The translations under genes were made by a program, and so were the position numbers. Shown piece by piece: positions 27,294-37,267 of a DNA stretch of 64,000 bases. How positions within the stretch are numbered: the first letter of the stretch is position 1; each line of letters starts with the position of its first letter. Under the pieces are notes generated by a model that saw nothing but the letters and a program-made list of their open reading frames with translations, searched no databases and was not told the DNA's origin. Origin of the DNA: a virus; the IMG/VR virus record IMGVR_UViG_3300022934_000004; one strand, 5' to 3'.

Positions 27294-27473
27294 ATGGACT
27301 GGTTAAAATCTAAAATTGCTTGGTTAAAATCAAAAGTTACTGAAAGATCTAGCTTAGATGGAGTAATAATGATCGGCGGCGGAGCTGCTATCATTGTCTT
27401 TCCACCTTTCGCAGAATTGATAGCATATGGTGCTATTGCTGTAGGTGCTTATACGATTTGGCGTAAAGGATAA
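27294..27473 (+). CDS. Small 2-TM protein (holin-like), not in ORF track
   Basis: GGAGG RBS; MDWLKSK...ERSSLDG + two TM segments. Confidence 0.55.
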   Translation: MDWLKSKIAWLKSKVTERSSLDGVIMIGGGAAIIVFPPFAELIAYGAIAVGAYTIWRKG

Positions 27474-27488
27474 TTAAAAAAATATATT

Positions 27489-28133
27489 ATGGCTTTTTTA
27501 ATTCACCCTTTACCCCCCATCCATGTCTATGTTCGAAAGGAATATCTTTATGACTTAGAACATGGGCATGGAGAATTTACACCAGGGATATGGATAAGCG
27601 TAAAGAGCGTAAAGTATAAAGCACTTTATTTTGAAACACTATTAACTGACTATGGAGCTCTTTATGACAAACTACCAATTTCCGCGTTTGTTTGGAAAAC
27701 GGATCATGACGAGCTTCTTCCTCTTGATGTTCTTCAGCTTTGGGATTGTTTTGATTACGACATTACCGTTGTCCAAAAACCAATCTTGTCACGATGCGAA
27801 TTTTTTGGAAAAGACAAACGTATGCATGCCGGTGAATATGAATTCACAATCGATAATTGTCACCGCGATACTTCCATCCTTGACACCAACTTCAGCGAAC
27901 ACGACCCTGAGCACAAATCATTTAATGTTATTAGACTCGACAATGGTCAATTCGCTGCTCAGCCTAATAATAGGGTTCTCTTCAGAGATAGCTCCTTAAC
28001 TATCGATAATTTATTAAGACCTGACTTTAAAGTATGTACACAAAATTATGCTGTTGAAACTGAACCAAAGTGGTCAGTTGGACATACTGATGAATGGCAA
28101 TATAAAACTAAAGAAGAAGAAGCTAATGAATGA
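27489..28133 (+). CDS. Conserved hypothetical protein
   Basis: Long ORF (LQLWDCF, EHKS, GQFAAQPNNR). Confidence 0.65.
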   Translation: MAFLIHPLPPIHVYVRKEYLYDLEHGHGEFTPGIWISVKSVKYKALYFETLLTDYGALYDKLPISAFVWKTDHDELLPLDVLQLWDCFDYDITVVQKPILSRCEFFGKDKRMHAGEYEFTIDNCHRDTSILDTNFSEHDPEHKSFNVIRLDNGQFAAQPNNRVLFRDSSLTIDNLLRPDFKVCTQNYAVETEPKWSVGHTDEWQYKTKEEEANE

Positions 28134-28318
28134 CAATAGCTTTATCTGCAATTTTGGCAACACATATTTGGATGGGAAACTACAATGGACTTGTCAAAGT
28201 TTGCGAATATCGACCTGCAAGAAATATTTCTCGATTCTATAATCATTATCCTCCTAAAAGATACATTCCCTTTGATTCAAATTGTCCTCTTTATATTGTA
28301 GTAAAAAGAAGAAAATAA
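28130..28318 (+). CDS. Small hypothetical protein
   Basis: ATGA overlap. Confidence 0.45.
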   Translation: MTIALSAILATHIWMGNYNGLVKVCEYRPARNISRFYNHYPPKRYIPFDSNCPLYIVVKRRK

Positions 28319-28323
28319 TTTTC

Positions 28324-28337
28324 TGTTACCGGTAACA
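28324..28337. promoter_or_regulatory. Perfect 14-bp palindrome TGTTACCGGTAACA (LacI/GntR-type operator-like)
   Basis: Intergenic perfect inverted repeat. Confidence 0.45.
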
Positions 28338-28385
28338 AAATTTCTCTCACACATATATAATTATAAGCAATGAAAGGAGAGTTAT

Positions 28386-28601
28386 ATGACGCCTTGGATG
28401 CGGAAAGAAGCTAACCGATTACACTGGTTAGTAAAAGGCCACCTAATAAATCCTAAAGCTTCCGACGAAGAAGTAGAAGGTACCTACAATTCTTATATGA
28501 AAAGACTATGGGGAAACTGTGAAAGAGCTGAGTATGGTGAAATTGGATTTGAAGCTGCTTGGAAAAAAAGAGAAGCTGAAACTTTTATGCAAAAAAAATG
28601 A
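28386..28601 (+). CDS. Hypothetical protein
   Basis: AGGAG RBS, ORF. Confidence 0.6.
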   Translation: MTPWMRKEANRLHWLVKGHLINPKASDEEVEGTYNSYMKRLWGNCERAEYGEIGFEAAWKKREAETFMQKK

Positions 28602-28620
28602 AAAAAATGCACTTTAGGGG

Positions 28621-28649
28621 TTTACAATCGGTTTAAAATATGGTAGTAT
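28621..28649 (+). promoter_or_regulatory. Early promoter
   Basis: TTTACA-17-TAGTAT, TATGG extension. Confidence 0.75.
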
Positions 28650-28682
28650 ATTCTTATCAAATGAAATGATGGAGATTATATT

Positions 28683-29633
28683 ATGGCACATGAAGTAGAA
28701 ACAATGGCATACGCTGGTGAGTTACCTTGGCACGGTCTTGGTGTAGAGGTTAACAATGATTTGACACCAGTTCAAATGATGCAAAAAGCAGGCTTAGATT
28801 GGTCTGTTGAAAAACAAAAAATCATGACTGAGACTGGTGTTCCAGTCGGTCAAAAACAAGCTTTGGTTCGTACATCAGATAATAAAGTTCTAGATGTTGT
28901 AGGTACTGATTGGAATCCAGTACAAAACGAAGAAGCTTTCGAATTCTTTGCTGAGTATGTTGCCGCAGGCGATATGGAAATGCATACAGCAGGTTCACTT
29001 AAAGGTGGACAAATGGTTTGGTCTCTTGCAAAAATTAAAGAGTCATTCGACATTTTTGGTGAAGACACAGTAGAGTCTTACCTACTTTTCTCTAACCCTC
29101 ATCAATATGGTAAGTCAATCGACATTCGATTTACACCTATTCGTGTTGTTTGTAAAAACACGCTTACTCTTTCACTTAGCCAAGCAGCAGATCGTGCTGT
29201 CAAAGTTGGACACCGTACAGAGTTTGATGCTGATCAAGTTAAAGAAACTCTTGGCCTAGCTCATGAAAAGTTTGAGAAGTACAAAGAAATGGCAGAGTTC
29301 TTAGGTTCTCGTAAATTTTCTGTTGACTCTCTTATTCAGTATTACAATGATGTGTTCCCTAACACTTCACGTAAAACAACTGAACGCACAGTAGAAACTT
29401 TAGATGATCTTAGCCGTGCTGCAAAAACATGTTACGATTCATTAGAAACTCAGCCTGGTGCACAATACGGTGCTGGTACATGGTGGCAAGCTTTTAACTC
29501 TGTAACTTTCCACACTGATCACGTTCAAGGACGTAATTCTGAAAATCGCTTGCACAGTCAGTGGTTTGGTGGAAATCAACTACGTAAAATTAAAGCAGCA
29601 GAAAAAGCAGTTGAATACGCCAACGCTGCATAA
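28683..29633 (+). CDS. DUF932 / TIGR03299-like phage protein
   Basis: MAHEVETMAY...PWHGLG, QNEEAFEF, TAGSL.GG, TPIRVVC.NTL. Confidence 0.85.
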   Translation: MAHEVETMAYAGELPWHGLGVEVNNDLTPVQMMQKAGLDWSVEKQKIMTETGVPVGQKQALVRTSDNKVLDVVGTDWNPVQNEEAFEFFAEYVAAGDMEMHTAGSLKGGQMVWSLAKIKESFDIFGEDTVESYLLFSNPHQYGKSIDIRFTPIRVVCKNTLTLSLSQAADRAVKVGHRTEFDADQVKETLGLAHEKFEKYKEMAEFLGSRKFSVDSLIQYYNDVFPNTSRKTTERTVETLDDLSRAAKTCYDSLETQPGAQYGAGTWWQAFNSVTFHTDHVQGRNSENRLHSQWFGGNQLRKIKAAEKAVEYANAA

Positions 29634-29665
29634 TTTTACAAAACTTTTACAAAGTTTCGCTAAAG

Positions 29666-29694
29666 AAAAGGGTATATACTATATGCCCTTTTTA
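29666..29694 (+). terminator. Rho-independent terminator (possibly bidirectional)
   Basis: AAAAGGGTATA...TATGCCCTTTT. Confidence 0.65.
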
Positions 29695-29709
29695 TTTTAA
29701 GGATACGAC

Positions 29710-30183
29710 ATGTCAACAACAAAACTCTGGAAAAAGGTAAAGAAAATGGATCTAGGAAATCCTGTAATCACCGCTCTTGTTGGACTGGTGATTTTTTACA
29801 TTGGTCTCAAAACATTCTCAGGTGGAATGAAATCAATGGGAAACATGGACCATCTACAATTCTTTTTAGGTAGTCCAATTTACATGTTCATTGGAGGAAT
29901 CGTTATGACTCTCCTTTGGCAATCATCATCGTTATCAACCACAGCAATCATTGCTTTAGTTGCATCTGGAGCTTTACCACTTCCAGCAGCAGTTGCTGCC
30001 GTGCTTGGAGCTAACATTGGTACGACAGGTACGATATGGTTAGCTGGCTTTTTCGTCTCAGATGGATGGCCAAAAGGTGATACTCTTCGAATAGCTATGG
30101 CCCATACGGGCATGAACTTATTGATGGCTTTATCATTACTTCCATTTGTAGGATACATAGCAAGATTTCTTGGTAGATTTTGA
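29710..30183 (+). CDS. Na+/Pi cotransporter-like half-protein
   Basis: QSSS..T and LGANIGTT motifs, multiple TM segments. Confidence 0.8.
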   Translation: MSTTKLWKKVKKMDLGNPVITALVGLVIFYIGLKTFSGGMKSMGNMDHLQFFLGSPIYMFIGGIVMTLLWQSSSLSTTAIIALVASGALPLPAAVAAVLGANIGTTGTIWLAGFFVSDGWPKGDTLRIAMAHTGMNLLMALSLLPFVGYIARFLGRF

Positions 30184-30220
30184 TATAGATATTATACATT
30201 GATTTGAAAAGAGAGACATT

Positions 30221-31465
30221 ATGCACTTTAATTATTATTGTATTAAAGATCAACCTACAAAATTTTACTATACTCTCATTGAGCAGTATGAAGAAATGAC
30301 TGGTAAGAAGTATTGTACTAGAAAACATATCTTCGAAGATAAGCCAAAGAAAAAAGAAAAAAATTTAATGTTCCTACCATTGGAACCAGCTACAGCATTT
30401 CTTCATGAAGAGTTTCCTTATTGGGAACACATACAATGGGGATTAGATAATAATATAGAAATTTGGCTTGACTACTCATGGGAATTTACTGAAAGTAAAT
30501 TAAGACCAGAAATAGAAAATCAATATTTTTGGTTTAAGCATAAAGATTATCTAATAGAAAATAATATTAAAATTCTTTCACAACATCTTGAATCAACAGA
30601 CAATCAATGGCCAGAATTAGTTGATCCAGATCTTCGTAAAATTACTCATAATTTAAATATGTTTGAATTTAATATGAGAATTAACCATGAAAGAAATAAT
30701 ATTGAGTGGAGAATAAATGCTTCTCCAAGAGAAAAAGAAAAGAAAAAATATTTTTGTAATTTTATTCCTGGTGAGATTAGAAAATATCCAGCCACATTAA
30801 TGTTGCAAGCATTATTTAATGAGATTGGTGAAGAAAATGTATTTTATTCTACTGTATTAGGAGATTATTTTTCAAAATATATGATGACTTGGAATGATTT
30901 AGAATTTCTATGGGAAAATCAAATTAGGTGGTTTAGTAAAGAACATCAAGCATTGTTTCTCCAATGTTTAAAAAATACTGAACAACTACATAAACATATT
31001 CCATTTGAAGATCAATATGATATTTCTAGTTTTGATTATCATAGTAAATACAATTCCGCTGAACGTAGAATTCCTATGGGTGTGTATGATAGTCATTTTA
31101 GTATTGTAGCTGAAGTATCTTGGGCTTCACATTTTTTTACAGAAAAAACTTTTAAACACATTATGGCAGAGCAGCCATTTATAATTAGTGCTGGACCAGG
31201 ACATAATCATGCACTAGGAAATTTAGGTTATCAAGTTTATGATGAGTTATTTGATTTCCAATGGGATAATTTACGATCTCCTAACTCTTTTATAGGACAA
31301 GATCATAATTGCATTATAGATAATGTTAAGAGATTATGGGTAAATAAAGATTTATTTAATCAATCCAGTGTTCGAGAAAAAACACAGTTTAATCGTCAAC
31401 ATTTATTAAGAAAAACAAACGCCTTGGCTTTTGAGCAGGAATTAAAGAAAGTATTAGAATCATGA
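30221..31465 (+). CDS. Putative glycosyltransferase (GT10-like C-terminus)
   Basis: FSIVAE...FTEKTFK.....PFI....G....L..LGY. Confidence 0.45.
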   Translation: MHFNYYCIKDQPTKFYYTLIEQYEEMTGKKYCTRKHIFEDKPKKKEKNLMFLPLEPATAFLHEEFPYWEHIQWGLDNNIEIWLDYSWEFTESKLRPEIENQYFWFKHKDYLIENNIKILSQHLESTDNQWPELVDPDLRKITHNLNMFEFNMRINHERNNIEWRINASPREKEKKKYFCNFIPGEIRKYPATLMLQALFNEIGEENVFYSTVLGDYFSKYMMTWNDLEFLWENQIRWFSKEHQALFLQCLKNTEQLHKHIPFEDQYDISSFDYHSKYNSAERRIPMGVYDSHFSIVAEVSWASHFFTEKTFKHIMAEQPFIISAGPGHNHALGNLGYQVYDELFDFQWDNLRSPNSFIGQDHNCIIDNVKRLWVNKDLFNQSSVREKTQFNRQHLLRKTNALAFEQELKKVLES

Positions 31466-32580
31466 GAATAGGATTTATTGGATTAGGAAAATTAGGTGGA
31501 CCAGTAGTGGAAGCAATGTCTGAAGCTGGTCATGATGTAGTTGGTTATGATATAAATGGAAGTGGTGCTGACTCAATTAAAGATGCAGTTCATCTCCGCG
31601 AAATTGTATTTGTAGCAGTGCCAACACCACATGATCCACTTTATGATGGAAAATATGTATGTAGTGATTTAGAACCTAAGAATTTTGATTACACCATTGT
31701 TCAAGATGTACTAAAAGAAGCTGATAAACACATGCATCAAGATCAAATTTTAGTTTTAATATCTACTGTTTTGCCAGGAACAACTACTAAACATTTTGCG
31801 CCATTAGTTAAGAATGCCAAGTTTGTGTATAACCCTTATCTTATTGCAATGGGTACAGTAAAAGAAGATTTCTTAAGACCTGAAATGATTATGATGGGTG
31901 GTGATCCAGATTCAATGGATAAGCTTGAAAGTTTCTATAGAGATATGTGCGATTGTGAAAGATATATTAGAGGAACATGGGAAGAATGTGAATCAGTTAA
32001 AATTTTCTACAATACATTTATTACTACAAAAATTACTCTTGCGAATATGATTCAAGATGTAGCGATGAAGATTGGAAACATGAATGTAGATGTTGTTACA
32101 GATGCTTTAGCATATTCTACAAATAGAATTATGTCTCCAAAATACATGAAAGCTGGAATGGGTGATGGTGGATCTTGTCATCCAAGAGATAACATTGCTT
32201 TGCGTTGGTTAGCTCAAGAAATTAATCTCGGATATGATTTATTTGATGCTATTATTAAAGCAAGAGAAGAACAAGCTAGAAATATGGCTAACTATTTAAA
32301 AGCATTGTCTGTATTACATGGTCTTCCAATTGTTATTGTAGGTAAAGGATTTAAACCTGATGTTCCATATGAAGATGGTTCACCTTCAATCTTAGTAGCA
32401 CAATTTTGCGAAGCTGAATTCGACAAATTTGATGAACCTGCAATATTCCTGACCGCTCATTCAAGACAAACTACTTTTGGAAAATCAAATCAAGATTATG
32501 ATTTTCCTGAAGGTTCAATTGTAGTGGATCCTTGGAGAGAAAGAGAAGGAGCAATTTGGTATGGAGACACATCGCCTTGA
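31462..32580 (+). CDS. UDP-glucose/GDP-mannose dehydrogenase family protein (second copy)
   Basis: GLGKLG, VPTP, STVLPG, GDGGSCHPRD, GFKP. Confidence 0.88.
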   Translation: MRIGFIGLGKLGGPVVEAMSEAGHDVVGYDINGSGADSIKDAVHLREIVFVAVPTPHDPLYDGKYVCSDLEPKNFDYTIVQDVLKEADKHMHQDQILVLISTVLPGTTTKHFAPLVKNAKFVYNPYLIAMGTVKEDFLRPEMIMMGGDPDSMDKLESFYRDMCDCERYIRGTWEECESVKIFYNTFITTKITLANMIQDVAMKIGNMNVDVVTDALAYSTNRIMSPKYMKAGMGDGGSCHPRDNIALRWLAQEINLGYDLFDAIIKAREEQARNMANYLKALSVLHGLPIVIVGKGFKPDVPYEDGSPSILVAQFCEAEFDKFDEPAIFLTAHSRQTTFGKSNQDYDFPEGSIVVDPWREREGAIWYGDTSP

Positions 32581-33160
32581 TGTATTAGAGCCTATTCCTG
32601 AAATAGATAAGCTTATTGAATATTTAAATTTAGTTCCACCTAATGGGATTGTTTTAGAAGTAGGTACTTATTTAGGTGCCACCACTACTAGGTTAGCTGC
32701 TGCTAGACCCGATGTCAAAATTTTTACAATTGATCCAGCTGCCAATTCTGGCATGTGGGAAAACTGTGGAGAATACGGCCCATATGTTAAAGAAAAGCTT
32801 ATAAGTGAATTTGGAATTATTCCAAATGAAAAAACCGTAAGAGAAAATTGTAATAGATTTCCTAACATTCATTTTATGAAAGGATATAGTCCTCAAGATT
32901 TTTTAGATTGGGATACACCAATTGACTTATATTTTGAAGACGGAGATCATGGAAAGGTTTGGTATGGTATGTCTCACTGGGCAAATCGTGTTAAGCCAGG
33001 TGGATATTTAATCGCGCATGATTATTACATGCCACGACCACGGGAAGCTATAACAGGCATATCTAACTGGCCTGATTGGGATTTTATAGAAGAATATCGC
33101 CGTCCAGATTTAACTGAAGAGCAACACAGTAGCATAGGAGTTTTAAAAAAACGTAAGTGA
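32561..33160 (+). CDS. Methyltransf_24-like SAM methyltransferase
   Basis: EVGTYLG, DGDH, PGG....HD. Confidence 0.75.
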   Translation: METHRLDVLEPIPEIDKLIEYLNLVPPNGIVLEVGTYLGATTTRLAAARPDVKIFTIDPAANSGMWENCGEYGPYVKEKLISEFGIIPNEKTVRENCNRFPNIHFMKGYSPQDFLDWDTPIDLYFEDGDHGKVWYGMSHWANRVKPGGYLIAHDYYMPRPREAITGISNWPDWDFIEEYRRPDLTEEQHSSIGVLKKRK

Positions 33161-33233
33161 TTGTTTTTAAACGAAACAAAAATCAAATAAAATGCATTTT
33201 TTCCTTTACATTCGGCTCATAATATGGTAGATT
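33145..33233 (+). promoter_or_regulatory. Early promoter with upstream IHF-like box
   Basis: TAAGTGATTGTTT at 33154-33166; TTTACA(33205)-17-TAGATT. Confidence 0.7.
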
Positions 33234-33255
33234 AATATTATAAGGAGAAAATATC

Positions 33256-33462
33256 ATGACTGATTATGGAATGTTTACTACTGAAGGTAACGTTAAAGTT
33301 GCAGAGATTATCACCAAAGGATTGAATCTCAAAATCAATTATGATATTGAAACCGTTTGGAATTGGGCAGACGATGCTCTTGCACGGCTTGCACTAATTC
33401 CTGAATTTGAAGAAGCCGATGATACGGCTGTACGTGAAGCTGTTTACAGCGCCATTATATAA
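33256..33462 (+). CDS. Early small hypothetical protein
   Basis: AGGAG RBS; YGMFT.EGN...DTAVRE. Confidence 0.65.
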   Translation: MTDYGMFTTEGNVKVAEIITKGLNLKINYDIETVWNWADDALARLALIPEFEEADDTAVREAVYSAII

Positions 33463-33474
33463 GGAGTATTTGTT

Positions 33475-33690
33475 ATGGGTCGTATGAAAGAATTAGTAAT
33501 GGAACAAGAAGAAATGGTTGCAGACGAAATGGATTTCGTTGCACAAGAAACTTCTTCTTATAGTGAGTTTGAACAACAAGTAATCGAGGCTTATAAGTCA
33601 AATGATTATTTGTTTTCATATGTACAGCACTCTTTAGATTATGTTAAAGAAGTTGCATATGAAATATGGAGCTTCCGCCATGCAAATTAA
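33475..33690 (+). CDS. Small acidic hypothetical protein
   Basis: AGGAG RBS. Confidence 0.6.
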   Translation: MGRMKELVMEQEEMVADEMDFVAQETSSYSEFEQQVIEAYKSNDYLFSYVQHSLDYVKEVAYEIWSFRHAN

Positions 33691-33934
33691 TCAAAATCGT
33701 ACCGATTGCTATATCGGTACTTTTACCACTTCTGATGAAGATCAAGCTGAGCTTAGACAAATTAGAAAAATGGTTACTAATCTAAACAAAGATTTAAAAC
33801 ACTTTGGATATGATTATCGTTATTATGTAAAATGTCAAGGGCGAGGTCATCGTTATGGTGTACGAAGATACAACCAATCTTTGCCCTTAACATTAGCTAA
33901 GAAAATGGATGCATACATCTATCGTCGTAGATAA
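33680..33934 (+). CDS. Hypothetical protein
   Basis: ORF; GGAG upstream of ATG 33680. Confidence 0.55.
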   Translation: MQINQNRTDCYIGTFTTSDEDQAELRQIRKMVTNLNKDLKHFGYDYRYYVKCQGRGHRYGVRRYNQSLPLTLAKKMDAYIYRRR

Positions 33935-33958
33935 TTTTCATTTTTTTCTCCCGCTACT

Positions 33959-33993
33959 AGAGGTCCTGATGGACCTCTTTTTTTATATAAATA
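33959..33993 (+). terminator. Rho-independent terminator followed directly by a late promoter
   Basis: AGAGGTCC-TGAT-GGACCTCT-TTTTTT; TATAAATA at 33986. Confidence 0.75.
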
Positions 33994-34021
33994 GATAAAA
34001 ATAATCTATAGGTAGATGGTA

Positions 34022-34795
34022 ATGGATAGCTTTAAAGGATACATTTCAGAAATGGCAGCGCAACAAGGATTTCAATATGAAGTGAATGCTGCTAAAGCAC
34101 TAAAACCACTAGGAATTGTTCCTGGAAATTTTAGTCCAGCTGGCGCAGGTCATGATCAACCCGATTTAATGATTCAAAAAAATGGAGTAAAAGCAGGATT
34201 AGAATTAAAAATCACTGCTGCTTCTGCTGGCTCTCTTGTTATGAAGTATGATTCTGGTACTTGGTCAATAGGTAATCCAAATGAGAAAGATGATGAAAAG
34301 TTATTCATTATAAATCTCGCAAAAGAAGTTGGAATCACAGACTTAATTCAAAAACAATGGAGAGCAGAACCATTTAAAGGAACAGGATTAAGTAAAAAGA
34401 CTGAAGCAGAAGCAGCACTTTCATCTAAACGCGAAAAATATGAACGTGATTTAAAAATGTTTAAAGATATTAAAGGTGAGATTCCTGCTGCAAAGATAGA
34501 ACAATATTATAATAAAAAGAAAACATATTATGTTAATGTTGGAACACATGGTTTTTATTTACTTGGAACAAAAAATCCTTTAAAATTATCTGGCATTCCT
34601 AGATTTAGTAAATCAGCTAAAGCCACATATAGAGCTAGAGTTCAATACAAAGGAAAAGATAATTATCAATTTACTTTTGAAATGCAATTTAGTATTCCAG
34701 CCGCAAAGAAATCTCCATATAATATTGCGCCAGTTAAAGCCAAAAATAATGTTAATATTGGTGACTTAGATGTAAAATGGTTTACTGGAGCATAG
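34022..34795 (+). CDS. PD-(D/E)xK nuclease-fold protein with CTS-like N-terminus
   Basis: MDSFKGYISE; GFQYE...PDL...GLELK. Confidence 0.5.
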   Translation: MDSFKGYISEMAAQQGFQYEVNAAKALKPLGIVPGNFSPAGAGHDQPDLMIQKNGVKAGLELKITAASAGSLVMKYDSGTWSIGNPNEKDDEKLFIINLAKEVGITDLIQKQWRAEPFKGTGLSKKTEAEAALSSKREKYERDLKMFKDIKGEIPAAKIEQYYNKKKTYYVNVGTHGFYLLGTKNPLKLSGIPRFSKSAKATYRARVQYKGKDNYQFTFEMQFSIPAAKKSPYNIAPVKAKNNVNIGDLDVKWFTGA

Positions 34796-34796
34796 A

Positions 34797-35558
34797 ATGG
34801 CTAACACAACTAGATATTTTTCAAATACTCATTTAGCAGAAAAAGTAGATATTTCTCATAAAAGAGTTCTTAACACAGATTATATCCATAAGTTTGGTAG
34901 AAATCCAAGTGTAGGTGGTGCACCAGAAACTGTTTGGATGCAAGGTGGAATTTATGAATATTTGACTTCTCCTTCTACTGTTTATGTTACAAGTGATGAT
35001 GCTGATGATGCTGCTGCTGGAACTGGAGCAAGGACCGTTACAGTTCAAGGATTGGATGTAAACTATCGTAATGTACAGGAAACATTAACAGTAGGTGGAT
35101 CTGCTTCAACAGTAGAATTTTTAAGAGTGTTCCGAGCTTTTGTTGTTGAGGCAGGATCAGAAGGAACAAACGTTGGTAATGTAAGAGTTACAACAGGAGC
35201 TGGTGGAACCGGAACAGTATTAGCAGATATTGGCACTATAGGAACTGGATCAACTTTTGGATTGGGTCAAACACAACTTGCTTTATATACAATTCCAGCA
35301 CACTGCACAGGATATTTAACAACTTGGAATGTTGGTATAGGCGCTTATAATAGTAGTGCTACTGTTTCGTTATATACTAGAGTTTTAAACAGCGGTTTTA
35401 GAACAAGAGATATTATGGATGTTCCAGGAGGTTATCACACAAGAAATTATGATATACCACTCCTAATAACGGCAAAAACAGATATTGAAATAAGAGCGAT
35501 TGCTTCTACTGGTACCACAGTTAGTGCTTCTTTTGATCTTATAACTATAGCAAAATAA
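34797..35558 (+). CDS. Gly/Thr-rich putative virion protein
   Basis: Beta-rich composition; KFGRN, GARTVTVQGLD. Confidence 0.5.
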   Translation: MANTTRYFSNTHLAEKVDISHKRVLNTDYIHKFGRNPSVGGAPETVWMQGGIYEYLTSPSTVYVTSDDADDAAAGTGARTVTVQGLDVNYRNVQETLTVGGSASTVEFLRVFRAFVVEAGSEGTNVGNVRVTTGAGGTGTVLADIGTIGTGSTFGLGQTQLALYTIPAHCTGYLTTWNVGIGAYNSSATVSLYTRVLNSGFRTRDIMDVPGGYHTRNYDIPLLITAKTDIEIRAIASTGTTVSASFDLITIAK

Positions 35559-35561
35559 TGG

Positions 35562-35590
35562 TTTACATTTGATAAGAATTATGGTAAGAT
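35562..35590 (+). promoter_or_regulatory. Early promoter
   Basis: TTTACA-17-TAAGAT. Confidence 0.65.
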
Positions 35591-35618
35591 TAGCTTATAA
35601 TTAAATAAAGGTAAGAAA

Positions 35619-36848
35619 ATGGAAACTTTCAAAAGTGTTATAAGCGAAAATAAAAACACGCACATGACTCATATTGAAGATAGAGTCATATATGGTGGTG
35701 TTAAAGGAGCTCGTGAAGCAATCTTCGCTTTACGTGATTTAAGAGATATGCTTGGAGGTGTCAAAGATGGTAATGTATCTGTTAAATGGGATGGTGCTCC
35801 TGCTATTTTTGCTGGGATTGACCCATCTGATGGCGAATTTTTTGTCGCCAAGAAAGGGATCTTCAATAAGAACCCTAAGGTATATAAGTCTGATGCTGAC
35901 GTGGATGCTGATACTAGTGGTGATCTGGCTGTTAAGCTTAAGCACGCCCTTAGAGAGTTACCAAAGCTTGGAATAAAAGGTGTTGTTCAAGGTGATTTTT
36001 TGTTTGGTCCTGGTGATGTAAAAACACAGAAGATCAAAGGAGAATCATATGTTACATTCCATCCTAATACTATCGTCTATGCGGTGCCTAGCAAGTCGGC
36101 TGGAGCTAAGGCTATTAAGCAATCTAAAATTGGAATCGTCTGGCATACAACCTATAAAGGTAACTCCTTCGAAACTATGCGAGCTTCGTACGGAGTTGAT
36201 GTATCCAAGTTTAACGCAACCAGAACTGTGTGGTCGCAAGACGCAATGCTCAGGGATATGACTAAGTTAACTATGTCAAAAAAGGATACTGAAGAAGTCA
36301 ATCAATATCTATCTCAAGCTGGAAAGATTTTTAATCAAATTTCTGGTAGTACACTTCGTCAGCTTGAAGGTAACCAGGACTTAGCAAGATTGATAGAACA
36401 ATTCCATAATAAATATGTACGTAAAGGACAGGTTATTACTGATACAACTAAGCATGCAAACATGCTTATACGTTGGATTAGATTAAAGTATGGAAAAGAA
36501 ATTGCAAAGAGAAAAAGTGATAAAGGTAAGCAAGCTCAAAGAGATAAGTTATCTCAATTGCTAACCTTTTTTGATGAAAAAAATAAAGCAAGTTTAATAA
36601 AAATGTACGATTTACAAAAAGTTATCGTGCTAGCAAAATTAAAACTTATAAATATACTTAATCGGCTACAAAAAGTCGATACTTTTGTTATAACAAGAAA
36701 AGGTTTTAAAACAACAGGTCACGAAGGTTATGTAGCAATTGATAGACTTGGTGGTGATGCGGTGAAGATTGTTGATAGATTGGAATTTTCATACAACAAC
36801 TTCTCGCCTGACGTTATAAAAGGATGGGACAAGCCAACGAGGAACTAA
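35619..36848 (+). CDS. Conserved T4-like protein with ligase/nucleotidyltransferase-like motifs (DUF6267-like) and CTS-like N-terminus
   Basis: METFKSVISE; KNTHMTHIED, VKWDGAP (KxDG), QGD, EGYV, KIVDR. Confidence 0.6.
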   Translation: METFKSVISENKNTHMTHIEDRVIYGGVKGAREAIFALRDLRDMLGGVKDGNVSVKWDGAPAIFAGIDPSDGEFFVAKKGIFNKNPKVYKSDADVDADTSGDLAVKLKHALRELPKLGIKGVVQGDFLFGPGDVKTQKIKGESYVTFHPNTIVYAVPSKSAGAKAIKQSKIGIVWHTTYKGNSFETMRASYGVDVSKFNATRTVWSQDAMLRDMTKLTMSKKDTEEVNQYLSQAGKIFNQISGSTLRQLEGNQDLARLIEQFHNKYVRKGQVITDTTKHANMLIRWIRLKYGKEIAKRKSDKGKQAQRDKLSQLLTFFDEKNKASLIKMYDLQKVIVLAKLKLINILNRLQKVDTFVITRKGFKTTGHEGYVAIDRLGGDAVKIVDRLEFSYNNFSPDVIKGWDKPTRN

Positions 36849-37267
36849 TGATCGATTTTAAAGATTTAATGATAGTAGATCTCCGACCAGGAGAACCAGT
36901 AGAAATCAAATACGCTGACATGAAAAGAAAGCGTACAGATGAAGAGGTTGAGGAAGCACTTACGACGCCTCAACGCTTAGCACGTTCAAGACAAATGAAA
37001 CGATTTAAAGCTCGATTAAAGTTGGGTCGTCAACGTGCAAGCAGAAGAATTGCATCAAAAGAAAAACTTGAAAAGCGTGCTAGAAAGCAGGCGAGAAATG
37101 CAGTTCTTAAAAAACTGACAAAGGATATTCCTAAGTCAGAGTTGACTTTTGCCCGTCGCCAAGAAATAGAAAAACGTCTAGATAAAATGAAACCACGGAT
37201 TGACCGATTGGTTAAAAAGATGTTGCCTAAGGTAAGAAAAGCTGAGTTAACTAAAAGAAGAAAGTAA
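36848..37267 (+). CDS. Highly basic putative head internal protein
   Basis: Arg/Lys-rich; VEEAL processing-like site. Confidence 0.55.
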   Translation: MIDFKDLMIVDLRPGEPVEIKYADMKRKRTDEEVEEALTTPQRLARSRQMKRFKARLKLGRQRASRRIASKEKLEKRARKQARNAVLKKLTKDIPKSELTFARRQEIEKRLDKMKPRIDRLVKKMLPKVRKAELTKRRK

